NCBI RefSeq assembly: GCF_027921745.1
Contig: NC_079238.1
Coordinates: 4,402,001-4,466,000 of the forward strand
Reading direction: 5' to 3'
Length of the DNA: 64,000 bases
DNA from: Schizosaccharomyces osmophilus
Lineage: Eukaryota
A program made the translations under genes and the position numbers. This document shows positions 23,882-36,462 of this stretch, one piece after another (the stretch's first letter is position 1; each line of letters begins with the position of its first letter). The notes below the pieces were generated by a model. The model was not told where the DNA came from and made no database searches. It saw only the letters and a list, made by a program, of their open reading frames with translations.

Positions 23882-26716
23882 ATGATGGAAACTGTGGAAG
23901 TTCGAAGTAAAAGTCTACTAATCCAATGGCTGAATGTGAAGCCAAATAGCCTTCTTAGCTGGCAAATTCACGTGAAGCGGAAAAGTATCAAATACGATAT
24001 TTACTACAAGCGAACGAAAGGAAGTTCAGAGGATGACTATAAATCACCAGCCGTTTTAGACGCCAGACAACAACAACAAACCCAAGTAACTGAAGTTCAA
24101 AAGTTGAATGCCATTGGTCTTGAACTCTTTTACCAAGGCGAAAGGTGTATGGCTGAAAAGCCCAACGACGGTTCTGTGTCCATTGAGAAAGGTGGATTAT
24201 ATGCTTTTGTTTTCGACAATACTTTCTCTAAAACTACACCAAAAATCATATCTTTTCTGCTCAGTGTCCAATCGTTTCCAGGATCAGTCCAGCATAACAT
24301 AAACAGTAACGGTGCCCCGAAACAGCTGATTTGTGGAACCCTTCTCAAAAAGCGGCGCAAAAAAGGCCAAGGATATGCTCGTCGTTACTTTACGTTGGAT
24401 ATGCTGGAAGGAACTCTTTCATACTATGCCAATGCTCATTCTTCTATCATGCGAGGAAAGCTGCCTCTCAGTATCGCTGTTGTCAGTATCTCTTCCGAAA
24501 GCCATGAAATTAACGTTGATTCCGGCATCGAAGTTTGGAATCTCCGCGCTCATACTCATCACGACTGGTTAAGATGGTGTAATGCCCTAGAGCGTGCTAA
24601 AAATACTCAGGCTTTTTCCAAATTAACTGTTAGTGAACGATCCCAGCAGTCATCTTCCAAACAGCTCGATTCCATCTACTCCCGCCTTCGCGAATGCTTG
24701 GATATCGCACAAACCCACCGGATAGGTCGCTCTCGGTCTGCTATTAATCTCAACATTCCCAACATCCGGATTCAATTGCCCGACGAACACATGACAAATA
24801 CTGGAAACCCAAGAGAGTCCATGGATGAATCCTTTCCCGAAAACTCATCCGCCGAAATAACTCTCCGCAAAGTTACTCGCCAGCTTGGCTCTCTTTTACA
24901 TGAACTAGAATGCTTTATTCAACATCATGAGTTTACAAAAGATCAAGTTCCCGTTACTTCCCCATCCTCCCGTGTATCCATGGATTCTACTGTATCTCAT
25001 ACGTGGTATGATGCCGAAGATGACCCAGGCATCAATCATGTAACAGACACTTTGGGAGACCTAAATAATTCAGATGACTTGCTAAGCAGTGATCGAACTA
25101 CCAAAAATTCTGATCCCGATATTACCTTTGTCGATGATTCTCTTCATAGAACGAGCAGCTATGAAGAGGATTCAGTTTCCGATTCTTCTGTTTCAGACTT
25201 GTCCTCTGAAGTTACAGAGCCAGAGGAGTTAATTCAATCACCGGCTAGTTACGATTCCATGGTATCGAGCGATACCGCTGATGAAGGTTCAGAGAAAAGT
25301 GTTGTCAATGGAATAAAACCTATTGAAAATTTCAAGGATGTAGATGAATACAAACCAAATCGCACCGAAAACAAGTCTGAACAAGGATCTGCTGCCCGTT
25401 CCATAAACTCGAAGAATAATAAGAATTCTAGAGGACCGAAGCATGACACTGAAGGAAGTGCACCATTTTCTTCAGCTTCCAATAAAAATGAAGATATGTC
25501 GAAGGATCTTAACCAACCAGTTGCTGAACTGTACCCCCTTCCTCATAAAACGGTTGCGCGAAGACAAAACATACCTGCTATAGTAGACCCTCCTCCTAGT
25601 ATCATGTCGGTCCTGAGAAGGAATATTGGAAAAGATATCAGTTCAATTCGTATTCCCGTTGTTTCCAACGAACCCTGTAGTTTACTTCAACGTTATGCGG
25701 AGGATTTGGAATATTCCAACCTTTTAGACATCGCCAACGAAAGTGAGCCGGAGTTGAAGATATTTTACATCGCAGCTTTTGCTGTATCAAATTTTTCTAA
25801 TATGAGACACAAGGAAAGAAGTGTGAGAAAGGTGTTTAGTCCATTATTAGGAGAAACGTATGAGCTAGCTCGTGAAGATAAAAATTATCGCTTTTTAGCA
25901 GAAAAAGTGTCACATCGGCCACTTGTTGTTGCATGCCAAGCCGACAGTCCTAAATGGAAATGGCATCACTCTCCAAGGCCTATCCAGAAATTCTGGGGTA
26001 AATCTATAGAACTGAATATTCATGGGGACGTGAACATTCAGCTACAGTGTGGAAGTAAGTTTGTCTTTACGAAGCCTGCTTGTTTTTTGAAAAACGTTGC
26101 TATAGGAGAAAAATACGTTGAACCTTATGACCACATGGTAATTACTGACTCTACCACTGGGGACAAAGCCATCGTTCAATTTAAAGTTGGGGGAATGTTT
26201 TCTGGGCGTTCTGAAGAAGTAAATGTTGAAGTTGTAAGGTCCGACGGAAGCCAAGATTCTCGATGCCTAAAAGGTAAATGGACGACTTCGTTAGATTTGG
26301 TACACACTGAAACCAATAAAGTGGAAAAAATGATATGGGAAGTTGGAAGTTTGGTGGAAGACCCTCAAAAGCATTGCGGTATGACAACATTTGCTGCACA
26401 AACGAACGAAATAACATCGATTGAAGATGGCTTGCTTCCTCCTACTGACACTCGTTTACGCCCTGATCAAAGATTACGCGAACAGGGCCGTTTAGAGATA
26501 GCAGAACAATTGAAATTAGATCTCGAACAGAAACAGCGAGAGGAACGACAAGAGATGGAGAGAAACCAAACATCTTGGCATCCTAAATGGTTTTCTCAAG
26601 TTAAGACCGGTAAGGATGATGAGTCTGACCCTCTTTGGTTTATAAAAGAAGACCGAGATAGTTATTGGTCCTGTCGGCAAAAAGGCAATTGGTCTAAGTG
26701 CCCTCAGTTATGGTAA
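23882..26716 (+). CDS. osh3: Oxysterol-binding protein with GOLD, PH and ORD domains
   Basis: FVFDNTFSK (GOLD), LLKKRRKKGQGYARRYF (PH), FFAT-like TWYDAED, AEKVSHRP, LPPTDTRLRPDQR. Confidence 0.93.
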   Translation: MMETVEVRSKSLLIQWLNVKPNSLLSWQIHVKRKSIKYDIYYKRTKGSSEDDYKSPAVLDARQQQQTQVTEVQKLNAIGLELFYQGERCMAEKPNDGSVSIEKGGLYAFVFDNTFSKTTPKIISFLLSVQSFPGSVQHNINSNGAPKQLICGTLLKKRRKKGQGYARRYFTLDMLEGTLSYYANAHSSIMRGKLPLSIAVVSISSESHEINVDSGIEVWNLRAHTHHDWLRWCNALERAKNTQAFSKLTVSERSQQSSSKQLDSIYSRLRECLDIAQTHRIGRSRSAINLNIPNIRIQLPDEHMTNTGNPRESMDESFPENSSAEITLRKVTRQLGSLLHELECFIQHHEFTKDQVPVTSPSSRVSMDSTVSHTWYDAEDDPGINHVTDTLGDLNNSDDLLSSDRTTKNSDPDITFVDDSLHRTSSYEEDSVSDSSVSDLSSEVTEPEELIQSPASYDSMVSSDTADEGSEKSVVNGIKPIENFKDVDEYKPNRTENKSEQGSAARSINSKNNKNSRGPKHDTEGSAPFSSASNKNEDMSKDLNQPVAELYPLPHKTVARRQNIPAIVDPPPSIMSVLRRNIGKDISSIRIPVVSNEPCSLLQRYAEDLEYSNLLDIANESEPELKIFYIAAFAVSNFSNMRHKERSVRKVFSPLLGETYELAREDKNYRFLAEKVSHRPLVVACQADSPKWKWHHSPRPIQKFWGKSIELNIHGDVNIQLQCGSKFVFTKPACFLKNVAIGEKYVEPYDHMVITDSTTGDKAIVQFKVGGMFSGRSEEVNVEVVRSDGSQDSRCLKGKWTTSLDLVHTETNKVEKMIWEVGSLVEDPQKHCGMTTFAAQTNEITSIEDGLLPPTDTRLRPDQRLREQGRLEIAEQLKLDLEQKQREERQEMERNQTSWHPKWFSQVKTGKDDESDPLWFIKEDRDSYWSCRQKGNWSKCPQLW

Positions 26717-27100
26717 ACTCGAAAACCTATTTCAAAAACATATCGTTACTATTAATTTTCTTGATTGCACTTGTTCATCATTTGTATTTGCATAAGCTAC
26801 CTTTCGTTACTCTTTGCGTTTTATGTTAATGCCCTTATTTATCCTAATACACATTTTTTAATATTGAGGATATTAATAATATTAATACAGTAAACTAATT
26901 CAAAACTGATTTTTAGACCGTTTAAAATCATACAAATTGTAAAATATACAGCCAAAATTATTCTCTATTTGGTCAGACATTCGCTATTAGAATATCATCA
27001 TAGCTACCTCGTAAACGAAGCAGCAATAAAAAAGCAAGAAGTCGTTGAGAGATTCTTTTCAGGAAAAACTTTATGATTCATTTATATTAAAGTTTGAATT

Positions 27101-28156
27101 ATGAGAATTCAATACTTATGGAGACAGAGGACTTTATTTCAGTTGATGACTCATAGAAGAGCATCAACTTATAATAAGAGACCATTTTGGAGACGTCCAT
27201 GGCCTGCTGCATTACTAGGGTGTGCAGTAGCAGGTACCGCAATTATAGCATTTTCAAAGCCTTCACCGATCGATGCAAACTATCCTGCATCTGTTGCCAG
27301 ACATATTCATGAGGCACTTTACAGGCAAACGGGATCGAGCTTACAAGATTTCCAGCGAGCTTGGAAGGCCTACCAGTCTGCTATTGAGCAGGCAGAAAAG
27401 GAAAATATGGACATGGAATCGGCTTCAATTCAAGGAATTCGACTGCAAATGGCTAATCTTCAGGAATCATCAGGAGGGTATCAACTAGCTTGGAAGCTAT
27501 TCTGGGACATTTTCAAGCGAACAGAAAGTTTGAAGGATTTCACTGAACAGAGGGTTATAATTGCCAGTAAAATCATTGAGTTATCGGAGCCCCTTGGTTT
27601 GCAGATGGAAGCGGCGAAAGCTGCAGATTTTATTATTCAGAGTTTGCTCCGCAATGAAATTAACGATGAACCAGAAAATAAGAGTCGTCTATTTGAGCAG
27701 ACTGCTACTCTATACTTTCAGCTTGGAAAGCCTTCCTATGCCGTTCCCTTATATTACCAAGCACTCGAATTGACAATGAACAATCCGACTTGTCATGGAT
27801 TGATATTAATGAATAATCTTGCTACTAGCTTACTGGCTCAAACAGATCATATTGATAAAAAGTATCACGAAAAACTACTTCAACAATCTAGAGACTGGAG
27901 CCAAAAAGCTGTTGACTCATATCACTTTGCTTATCCAAAGGATCGCACATTGGAATGCCATTCAGGATGTGCTGCCGCTTTTTTTACTTTGGGACAGGTT
28001 GCAGAGAGAAATGGAAATGTCGAAATGGCTATCAAAAATTATCGCAATGCTGAATCCTTGCGGGCCCACGACCCATATAATGATGGGTCTATGATGGCTC
28101 ACATCGCATTAGATCGATTAGACAAGAATGCCTTCTTGCGACCGAATGACGATTAA
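27101..28156 (+). CDS. mgr3: Mitochondrial inner-membrane TPR protein, Mgr3-like
   Basis: Arg-rich presequence, TM, TPR-like helices (AVPLYYQAL, CHGLILMNNLA, AFFTLGQVAE); synteny. Confidence 0.65.
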   Translation: MRIQYLWRQRTLFQLMTHRRASTYNKRPFWRRPWPAALLGCAVAGTAIIAFSKPSPIDANYPASVARHIHEALYRQTGSSLQDFQRAWKAYQSAIEQAEKENMDMESASIQGIRLQMANLQESSGGYQLAWKLFWDIFKRTESLKDFTEQRVIIASKIIELSEPLGLQMEAAKAADFIIQSLLRNEINDEPENKSRLFEQTATLYFQLGKPSYAVPLYYQALELTMNNPTCHGLILMNNLATSLLAQTDHIDKKYHEKLLQQSRDWSQKAVDSYHFAYPKDRTLECHSGCAAAFFTLGQVAERNGNVEMAIKNYRNAESLRAHDPYNDGSMMAHIALDRLDKNAFLRPNDD

Positions 28157-28452
28157 CAAGTACTTTTGTATGTCTATTTATGTATCTATATTGATTTGTC
28201 GTCTTTTAAAACCCTTTTTTTATTTTTTTAGATTGCACTTTATATTAAGTACTATCATTCCAATCAATTCATTTCTAACTATTTTAGACCCAATATTGTT
28301 GGAAATTCCTTTTTTTTTAGTAGCCAAAAAACTTTGGCTTTATGTATTTCACCAAAATTTGACATTCCCCAACGGACGTTCACTTTTACTTAACAAGAAA
28401 AAGTAAATTACGTCTGGCAGTTTTAGAAGCCATAACAACTTGGAATTAGAAA

Positions 28453-29512
28453 ATGGCCACACCAGTTACAAAACAACACATTTTAAATTGTCAATTCTCA
28501 AATTGGTATTCGCTGTTTCGTACTTTGACGCCTAAAGCAAAAGTCATAAAGCCAATTCCCACCTCTATACTAAAATACCTTGATGAAGATGGTATTTATT
28601 TAAAAAATGTTTCAAATACAATTGAAGATGTAACAGATCGAGAGAATGAGGAAGGGAGGGAAGAAGAAGAAGAAGATACACAAGTTTCTTCTTACTATCC
28701 GGACAAATCGACCATACAACTCATAGAAAGGGTTATTTCCGACCTCGATGGAGCCGTGGTACCCAAGCTGAATTGGTCAAGCCCCAAAGATGCTGTATGG
28801 ATTATGCCTACGGGAAGTATGAAATGCACTTCTGCAGAAGATGTCCTTTTAATATTAAAATCATCAGACTTTGTAACTCATGACCTTGATTATGCCTTTG
28901 ATGATTGTATAGAAGAAGATAACCAAGAAGCCGATTCCACAAGCCAACGGTTTCCTTCTGATTTCAGTCACGAACTAATTTTAAAAGAATGGTTTCCCAT
29001 TCACCCGTCAACAGAATTCCGCTGTTTTGTAAAAGGAAAAAATCTTATTGCTGTATGTCAACGAGACGACAATTATTATGACTTTCTAGAACACGAGATG
29101 AAGGAAATTTTGCCTGTTCTGCGGGATTTAACATCTAAGCTTTCGGAGTTTCCGGACCCTAACTGTATGTCTAATTTCTATTTAAATAATTGATTATTTA
29201 ACCTTTGTTTTAGTTGTTTTCGACACTTACGTCCAACAAAATCGTGCTTGGCTAATTGACATCAATCCATTTTTTGCTAGGACAGATGGTTTGCTCTTCT
29301 CATGGGAAGAATTATATGCAATGGATTATGAAAAAAATAGTCCAGAGATCAGATTAATTCCTAAAGGCGCCATGCCTTCTTCTGGGGGTGCCAACTTTTA
29401 CACCAATCGTGTTCCATTTGACCTAGTTGCTGCCAGTCAAGGAGAAAATTTACTAGAGTTTGCAGAAAAGATGCAAAGTTTAACTTCAGAAAGTACCAAA
29501 GATGAGGTATGA
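28453..29512 (+). CDS. cdc123: D123 / Cdc123 ATP-grasp protein (2 exons)
   Basis: CQFSNWY, PKLNWSSPKDAVWI, LKSSDF, EFRCFV, LIDINPF; intron 29165-29213. Confidence 0.93.
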
Positions 29513-29659
29513 GCAAGTAAATAGGGGTATATATATAAGGGAATTCGGTTTGGTTACAGTTCATAGCATTACAGTTGTCTATATAATTTTGTTTATGTAA
29601 TGTAAATTATTCTCTTTTGTATTTGTATGGAGACGAAGCTTGCTTCGCTCTAGTATGTA

Positions 29660-30642
29660 TTATACATGTACATTCCCTTCCAATTCCGGAACCTCTTTTT
29701 CCCATCCACTGTAGGCTAGATACCGATGATTTAGTTCAGCTCTCCAATGAATTCCATATAAAGACTCAATTCCCCCGGTTAATGATTGTTGCTGACAATA
29801 GATTAAACGAAATATGCGAGAATGTAATAAAGCCATACTACACATAACGCAGGGCTCATGAGTCATTAAAACCGTTAAGCCACGACATAAGTATCTTTCT
29901 TCAGATGATTCGTGTGGAAGTTTCCGGCGTTCCCGTTCACCTGCTGCTACCAAGTTAATTGCCCTCATGGCACAATGGTCGACTGGATTCCGTGATGCAT
30001 TTCGTTCATCTATAGAAACTGAAAGAACTGTGCGTGAAGTATGATCGTAAACCGCTGCAGCACAGCCGATTTGTCCCTTGGATTGTGACACAAAGGCTGC
30101 TTGAATCAAGTCGTTCAAAACTCCATCAATCACTTCCAATTCTCTATTTGTAAAAATATCCTGTCGCTCAGTATGCCTTCTGTAGAAAACGGGCCATATT
30201 GGATTCCATTCCTTATACTGTTCCAAAGTTAAAGGTGCATGAGAAGGAACGGGAAGAATATAGACTTTTGCATCAATTTCTAATTCTTGTAAGTCTTTTT
30301 CTATCTGGCTTTGTGTCATTGCCAACACTGGACATAGTATAATTTCTAGTTCCAAAGGCTCGTTTTCCTTTTGTATTCTTCGAAGTCTAGCACAATGTAG
30401 TAGGGCTTCCTTTTGTTTGGACCTTATTTTTTTGACATATTCCGTTGTTTTTGAGGCAAATTGCGGCTTTAGACGAGCAATCCAAACATTTTCTATTACA
30501 TTAGTCTATGTTGTAACTGAGATTTCATACCTGTTTCTAAAGGCCTTAATTCGAGATGCGATTTTACTAGTTTAAAAGGCCAGTGCTGTTCATCAATATT
30601 AGTCTCCCCTTGTTGACTTCTTGTTGAAATTGACTTCTCCAT
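29660..30642 (-). CDS. tad3: tRNA adenosine-34 deaminase non-catalytic subunit (2 exons)
   Basis: HEPCVMCSMALLHSRI, LNHRY; DHCAM lacks the catalytic Glu, as expected for Tad3; 5' exon from ATG 30642. Confidence 0.9.
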
Positions 30643-31045
30643 CAAATCGTATAAAGTGTTGCTATATGAACATATAAAAATCTTCTACAGAAAAAAAAAA
30701 AAGAAAAGATGCACAGGGCAAGGCTATTTCAAAAAATAAAAACTTTTCATATTTAAACTAACTTAAGGCTACTATAGTATTTTTATTTAAAGCCCTTTTT
30801 AAAAGGGCTTTACTCGCCGAATGTTTTACAATAGATACCAGAAAGCCTTCCATCAATGGAAGCCATTTTGAATATTAAACTGAATAAATAATTCATTCTT
30901 ACTTAAAATACCTAAGTAACTTAATAAAAAATAATCATCACATTGAATCCTGTCGTAAATTTTGAATATTTTTATCAAACCCGGTCAGTGAACGCATCAA
31001 GAGATGAACCTAATTTGATACAATATATCATTTTAATAATAAATG

Positions 31046-33884
31046 TTACTTTTTTAAAGCCATAAGTATGCTTAGTTTGCTGCTCATAGCTAAATCAGGC
31101 TTAAGTCGATTTCGGGCATGAGATGCAGCATCCCTAAACTCATTGTCGGAAGCCAACGTGTGAATATCATATCCTAATGAACTGATACTCCTAAACTCAT
31201 TGGTTTTTGTGTCAAATACAAAAGGAAGTGGCTCTTCGGATAAGTTTGAGTAATCAAAGTTTACCAACTCATTCACATTATCTAGATACCTTAGTTAATA
31301 AATCTGTGAATACAATTTCGATCAATAACACACCTTCTTGGGAAACAATATGTTTGTCGACCTCAAACCCGTTGTTCTGATCGGAATGTAGCTTTTTCAC
31401 TTTTTGAGATGCTTCATCTTCAAATAAATTATGACAACCCAGGTGAAGATAAACTTGCAATTGATGATCGGATAGGAGCTTAGAAAGCGATTCTTTCGCA
31501 TGTGGTAGTTTCATCCCCTTTGGGATTCTAGTTATTAAATTATGTGCATTTTCATCAGAACCTATATTTTCCAAAAGTGTACAAATAAAGTCGGGTTTAT
31601 CCAGAGAATAAGAAATTAAATCTTCCCATAAATCCTTATCTCCTTGTTCTTTCACGTAACGAATAGCTCTGCCAATATCAGACAATTCATTGATTATAAG
31701 CATTAATGCATCTTTGTTGTTTCCCATACGACCAAGAACATAGACAAGTTCATCAAGGTAATGATATTTTACACAAACGTTATATGCATGACCAAGAGAA
31801 TAGCACTGTGTGTTCATTAAAAACTCAAATAGCCTCGGTCGGTCGAATTCTGCAAAAACGTTCACTTTTAAGTCACCGTATTCCATGAGGGAATTTGGAA
31901 ACATAACTTCATAAGAGCAAAAATAAGCATACAAAAACCTTGTAACCGACTCAATCTGTCTTATAACCTCTTTGGGTGGAAAAGAATGAACGTGTTGAAC
32001 GAGCATATTTATAACTTTTGGGTTAACATTCTCAGGATGCCCGTCAGCTGAAGTAAGTAATAATTGTAAAACCGATTGTCTTGCTTCATCGTACAGGTTG
32101 TGCTCAAAGACAAGATCAATGCACTCTTTCTGGTTTAACTTCAGGTATAACCAGAATGCCTCAACAGGCATATTGTCATTGACGTAAAGAAAGGCCAAGC
32201 TATCAGCTAGCAGAAAGCTTTCTGGGACTTGCTCATACTTTTTTTCTGTAGCTTTACGAATTGTTGACACCGAATATAAGTTTGTCGGCCAGCTATGCAG
32301 CTTCTCATTAAATTTTTTTTCGTTCAAAGCCATGTAATTTGCCAAAGTCATTTCGTATATAATAGGACTCAAATGGTCGTCTCCAAGCGGAAGATACTCA
32401 GCAACGTCTTCTAAACGATTATGATCAGCAAAAACAAAAACCCATTGTTCCCAACCACCAGGGTTATTTACATATAAAGTAGGAATAACTGAAGCTGCTT
32501 TTCGATACTGTTTATTGTCAATCAAATGGGCTACGTATTTTTTTCCAAGTTCGGAGACCCGTAATTCTGGAGGCACGTCCTTCATTGTTTTTACTGCAGC
32601 AATTGCCTCAGCATAATCCTCACGGGAAACAAGATATGTGACGTGATCAATCTCATTTCTCTCACGAGCGCATATAATATCGTTAGGAAAAACCACGTAC
32701 GAATGATCTTTCTTTGCTGGATCTGAAACCAAATGATAGTCGGAAGGCTGTAAACGAGAATAGTTGGTCAGCCCGATGACATCTCCAGCGAGTTCTTGAA
32801 ATGAAGAGTCTATTAGTCGAAGCTCTGGTCGTACTGCGTCTACCCTTCTCGGTCTGGAAGAAGAAGTAAAATCCTCCACCTCAGCGATGTAAGCAAGAAC
32901 AAGGATGTTGAAGTCAAACATCATGATACCACTGACAATCGAGTCGATTTCCAAAACAGCCTGAACCGAAACTTTTGGCAATTCATTAGGCTGACTGGAG
33001 CGCTGAATGGAAACTATAGATATTTGGTCTGCCCAACCAATTATGAGCCTGGACTCGGATTGCCAATAGAGTTGGTAAGGAAATACTTCTTGGTTAGGTA
33101 GCTTCTTTGGATAGTCAACATTTCCAAAAATTTTTCCATATTCGTTACTATAAATATAGACTCCTGTATCAGTAGCCCAAGAAACATAAGATTTGTACCA
33201 ATCTATTTTGTATACAGTTCCACAATCAACCTGAAGGACAATGTCTCTAGATCCCAGCCATCCTAAATTTGTTAACACAAGTAATCCATGGTAGCACTCG
33301 CTTTACAGTGTCTAAACCTCATACCTTTTTCAGATAGTATAACTTTGCCCGCTCGCCCTCCGCATATAATTTGACGAGAAGATCTGTTGCTATAGTAGGG
33401 ATCAATTGCTACAGATAGTAGAGGCCGTTTGAAATCATAAACTGACGTTTCCTTGGAACTAATGTTGTAGACAATTAGTTTCCCTGTATATGTGTTAAAT
33501 ATGGGCATAAACCTTATAAAGCAAATAAAACAAACCATCTAATGAACATGATGCTAGGTTCTCACTTTCTAGATCCACAGAAAGGCTGGTAACAGTAGCA
33601 ACATGCAGAATCATTTTTCGAAGCAAAACACCTTCTCGAGTGTAAATGTACACGGCACCATTATGTGATCCAAATAACTAAAGAAACGATTAATATTTGT
33701 ACCCTGTCATAGTATCACCTACGAAGTGTTCCTTTGAAATTACACAGGCCGAGATAGAATCGTTCAGAAAGCAGCCTTGGAACTTGTCTGTAGTCCTTTC
33801 ATAATTCAATTTGGGCTCTTCATCTTCATCCGAAGAAGTTAATATGTCTACTTCGGACTCGGAACTGGTTTCACTAACTGACAT
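31046..33884 (-). CDS. vps41: HOPS subunit Vps41 (multi-exon)
   Basis: EEPKLNYER, FKRPLLSVAIDP, GWLGSRD, RPELRLI, clathrin-repeat ELVYVLGRMGN, DLWEDLISYS. Confidence 0.93.
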
Positions 33885-34525
33885 GAAGTATACGCAACCA
33901 AAGGGTACCAGATATAATTAATATGGTTCCAAAAGAAGTATTGCCTTCCAAATTTCCATGTAATTTTAGTAGCTTATAAAAGAAATTAAGTTATGAAAGA
34001 ATTGATAAAAATTAAATGTGTAATATATATTTACTAACCGCAGTTGAAAACGACAGAAATGGAAAACAAACATATGCGTTGTGAGTCATTGTTACGTCCA
34101 AAGGGTCAGCCCTATTCTGAGTTACATTTTTGTATATTTACTATTAATATAGAAGAAAGGAAATCTCCACTTGCGAAAATAACAAATAATTAACAGTATA
34201 TATTTGATCTATTAGAACGTGTGAATGCAATTCATCAAAGGAAAGGGTATGTGTTTAACATTAAGATAGAATAAAGAGTACAAAAAGTCAAATCTTCGTA
34301 TATGAGATGAGGAGGACATACAGCCATGTGTTCCTAAGGAATATATGCTTCAGTAACTTAAAGAAAAAGGGTAAAAAGAGAAAAGATTAATAAACAAATC
34401 ATTGACATATTCGCACCCGGGATCCTTTAATATGTCAATTGTAGTGAAAGAAAATGCGAATACTCAGAGGAATACTTTCAACACCTCAATAATTTGATAG
34501 GCAGGTTGATTCACTATCTCCTTCA

Positions 34526-35144
34526 TTAGAATTTTTTAACATTTCCAACTAGTTTTTGTATCGTGTCCTGCTGTGCATCCACTTCTGATTCAGCGTCTCC
34601 GGCTAATACAGCAGATAAGACATTCGTTTTGCTAGATTCTTGAAGTTCTCCTGCTAATAATAGTTCTTCTAAAACATAATAGGCCTTTTCAAAATTAAAA
34701 ATCAGGTCCAACTCGCAAACCTGTTGAGCAAAAGGTTAGTATAGGAAAGACTTGACCATAGAACTAGCACAAGGAACATACATTGCCAAAATATTTATCA
34801 AGGACCTCAACAAATTTATGTATAACTTCTAAAATAATCAATTCATTGTCATCCTGATCAATTCCGCAGATAAAAAATAAAGATGCATATCGCCTGTAAA
34901 CGATTTTTTCTCCTATACAAGCATTGGTTAGCTCAACTCGATTTAATTTAATTCCACACAAGTGTATGAAGTGTCTCTTACCCTTATACTCTACAAAATT
35001 GCACATCTTTGGCTTGCGGACGATAACTAAAGAAGAAACGTCACGGACGATTTTCGATCTCTCCTTCGTTGGTACAGCGTAAAACCATTTTGCCAAACGA
35101 ACCTTTCCTTGGCGACTTACTAACAGGAAAAATTTGATGCCCAT
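34526..35144 (-). CDS. vas2: AP-1 adaptor complex sigma subunit (3 exons)
   Basis: [46 protein letters not shown]. Confidence 0.92.
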
Positions 35145-35470
35145 GATTGTGATCTTATGTTTGTATGTTATTTTGCCAACAATCTAAGAAATGCTGGATA
35201 TCGACGGTTACCGAATTGAAATTTAAAATATAAAGGTATTCAATAGACTACCCTCTTTTTTCGTCAAATAATTATTAGAAGAATGTAAAGTTTTTGGCAA
35301 GTGTTTGAAACACAGCCAGTGTAGTCTTGCTGTGTCAATTCCTTATTAAGATGATATTATAATAGGTTATATTCAGGTTATTTATTATATTCAAGGTTTT
35401 ATAAGATAAACATAAATTTAACGTTTTATGATCAAAGTTATTTGTATTATTGTTACATGAAAGATCCTTT

Positions 35471-36234
35471 TTATCCTACCATAGTGCGCTTACGACCGCG
35501 CTGGCGAACTTCGTCGTAGCGTCGAAGGGTAGGTTTGCATTGCTTCCAGGTTTTGGCATATGCTTCTAGAACGTAATGAAACTAAAATTATTAGCTGTCA
35601 GAATTGAAATAATATCTTTACTTACAAGAGCAGCACTGTCTGGAAGGGTGCTAGCTATAGCACGCTCTAAAACGTATAAATCCACCGCCTTGTCTTCCTC
35701 GGATTCTGAAACACTTCCTAGTCCAAAATCAATAAATACGGGTTCAAGAGTTTCGACAGAACGGAACATCATGTTACTGGTGGTAAGGTCACCATGAACA
35801 ATGTCGTTCATATGCATCTTCGCAACTTCAGATCCAATGATTTTCATTAAAGGTGCTAAAGATGTCTCGTATTCTTCTTCTGAAACAAATTCTTTAATGT
35901 AATCTCGAACAGAAGGACCACCAATGTATTCCATGAAAATCTGACCACGATTGGGCTCAAGAAAATAAAGTAACGGGCAATTCACACCTACAGCATGGCA
36001 TTTAGCCAAAAGTCTAGCTTCGATTAAACATCTTTTTCTTGTAAGTTTTTGATCAAGTATTGGATGTCTCCATCGTTTCTCAGGACGGCTTTTTAATATG
36101 CATGGTTCGCCAGGGTAAAATTCAGTTATAATTGTTATGGCTTCTGCACCTTGTTTGACTACTTTCCATCCTTTTTCTTCAATTTCATGATATAACTGCC
36201 CGCATTGTTTCCGTAAATCCTGTTTGTCCGTCAT
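35471..36234 (-). CDS. bud32: KEOPS complex atypical kinase Bud32 (2 exons)
   Basis: KQGAEA, IVHGDLTTSN, IDFGLG, EDKAVDLYVLERA; last exon ends RGRKRTMVG. Confidence 0.95.
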
Positions 36235-36462
36235 CTTTTGGCGTTCTTGCTAATTCCACAAAAACCGAAATAGAAAGTGAGTGTATCAGAAAGCAAAAAA
36301 GTGCTACCATTCTAACAGAATTCTTCATTACTAAACAACTAAACAAGAAAATTGTATTTTTCTAATATCCTTTTGAATTTTTATTTGACTACACTATTTA
36401 TAATAGTCAAAGTAGTTGAATTTGATTTAAGTGGCATGAATAAAATGGCATGAAGCACAAAA

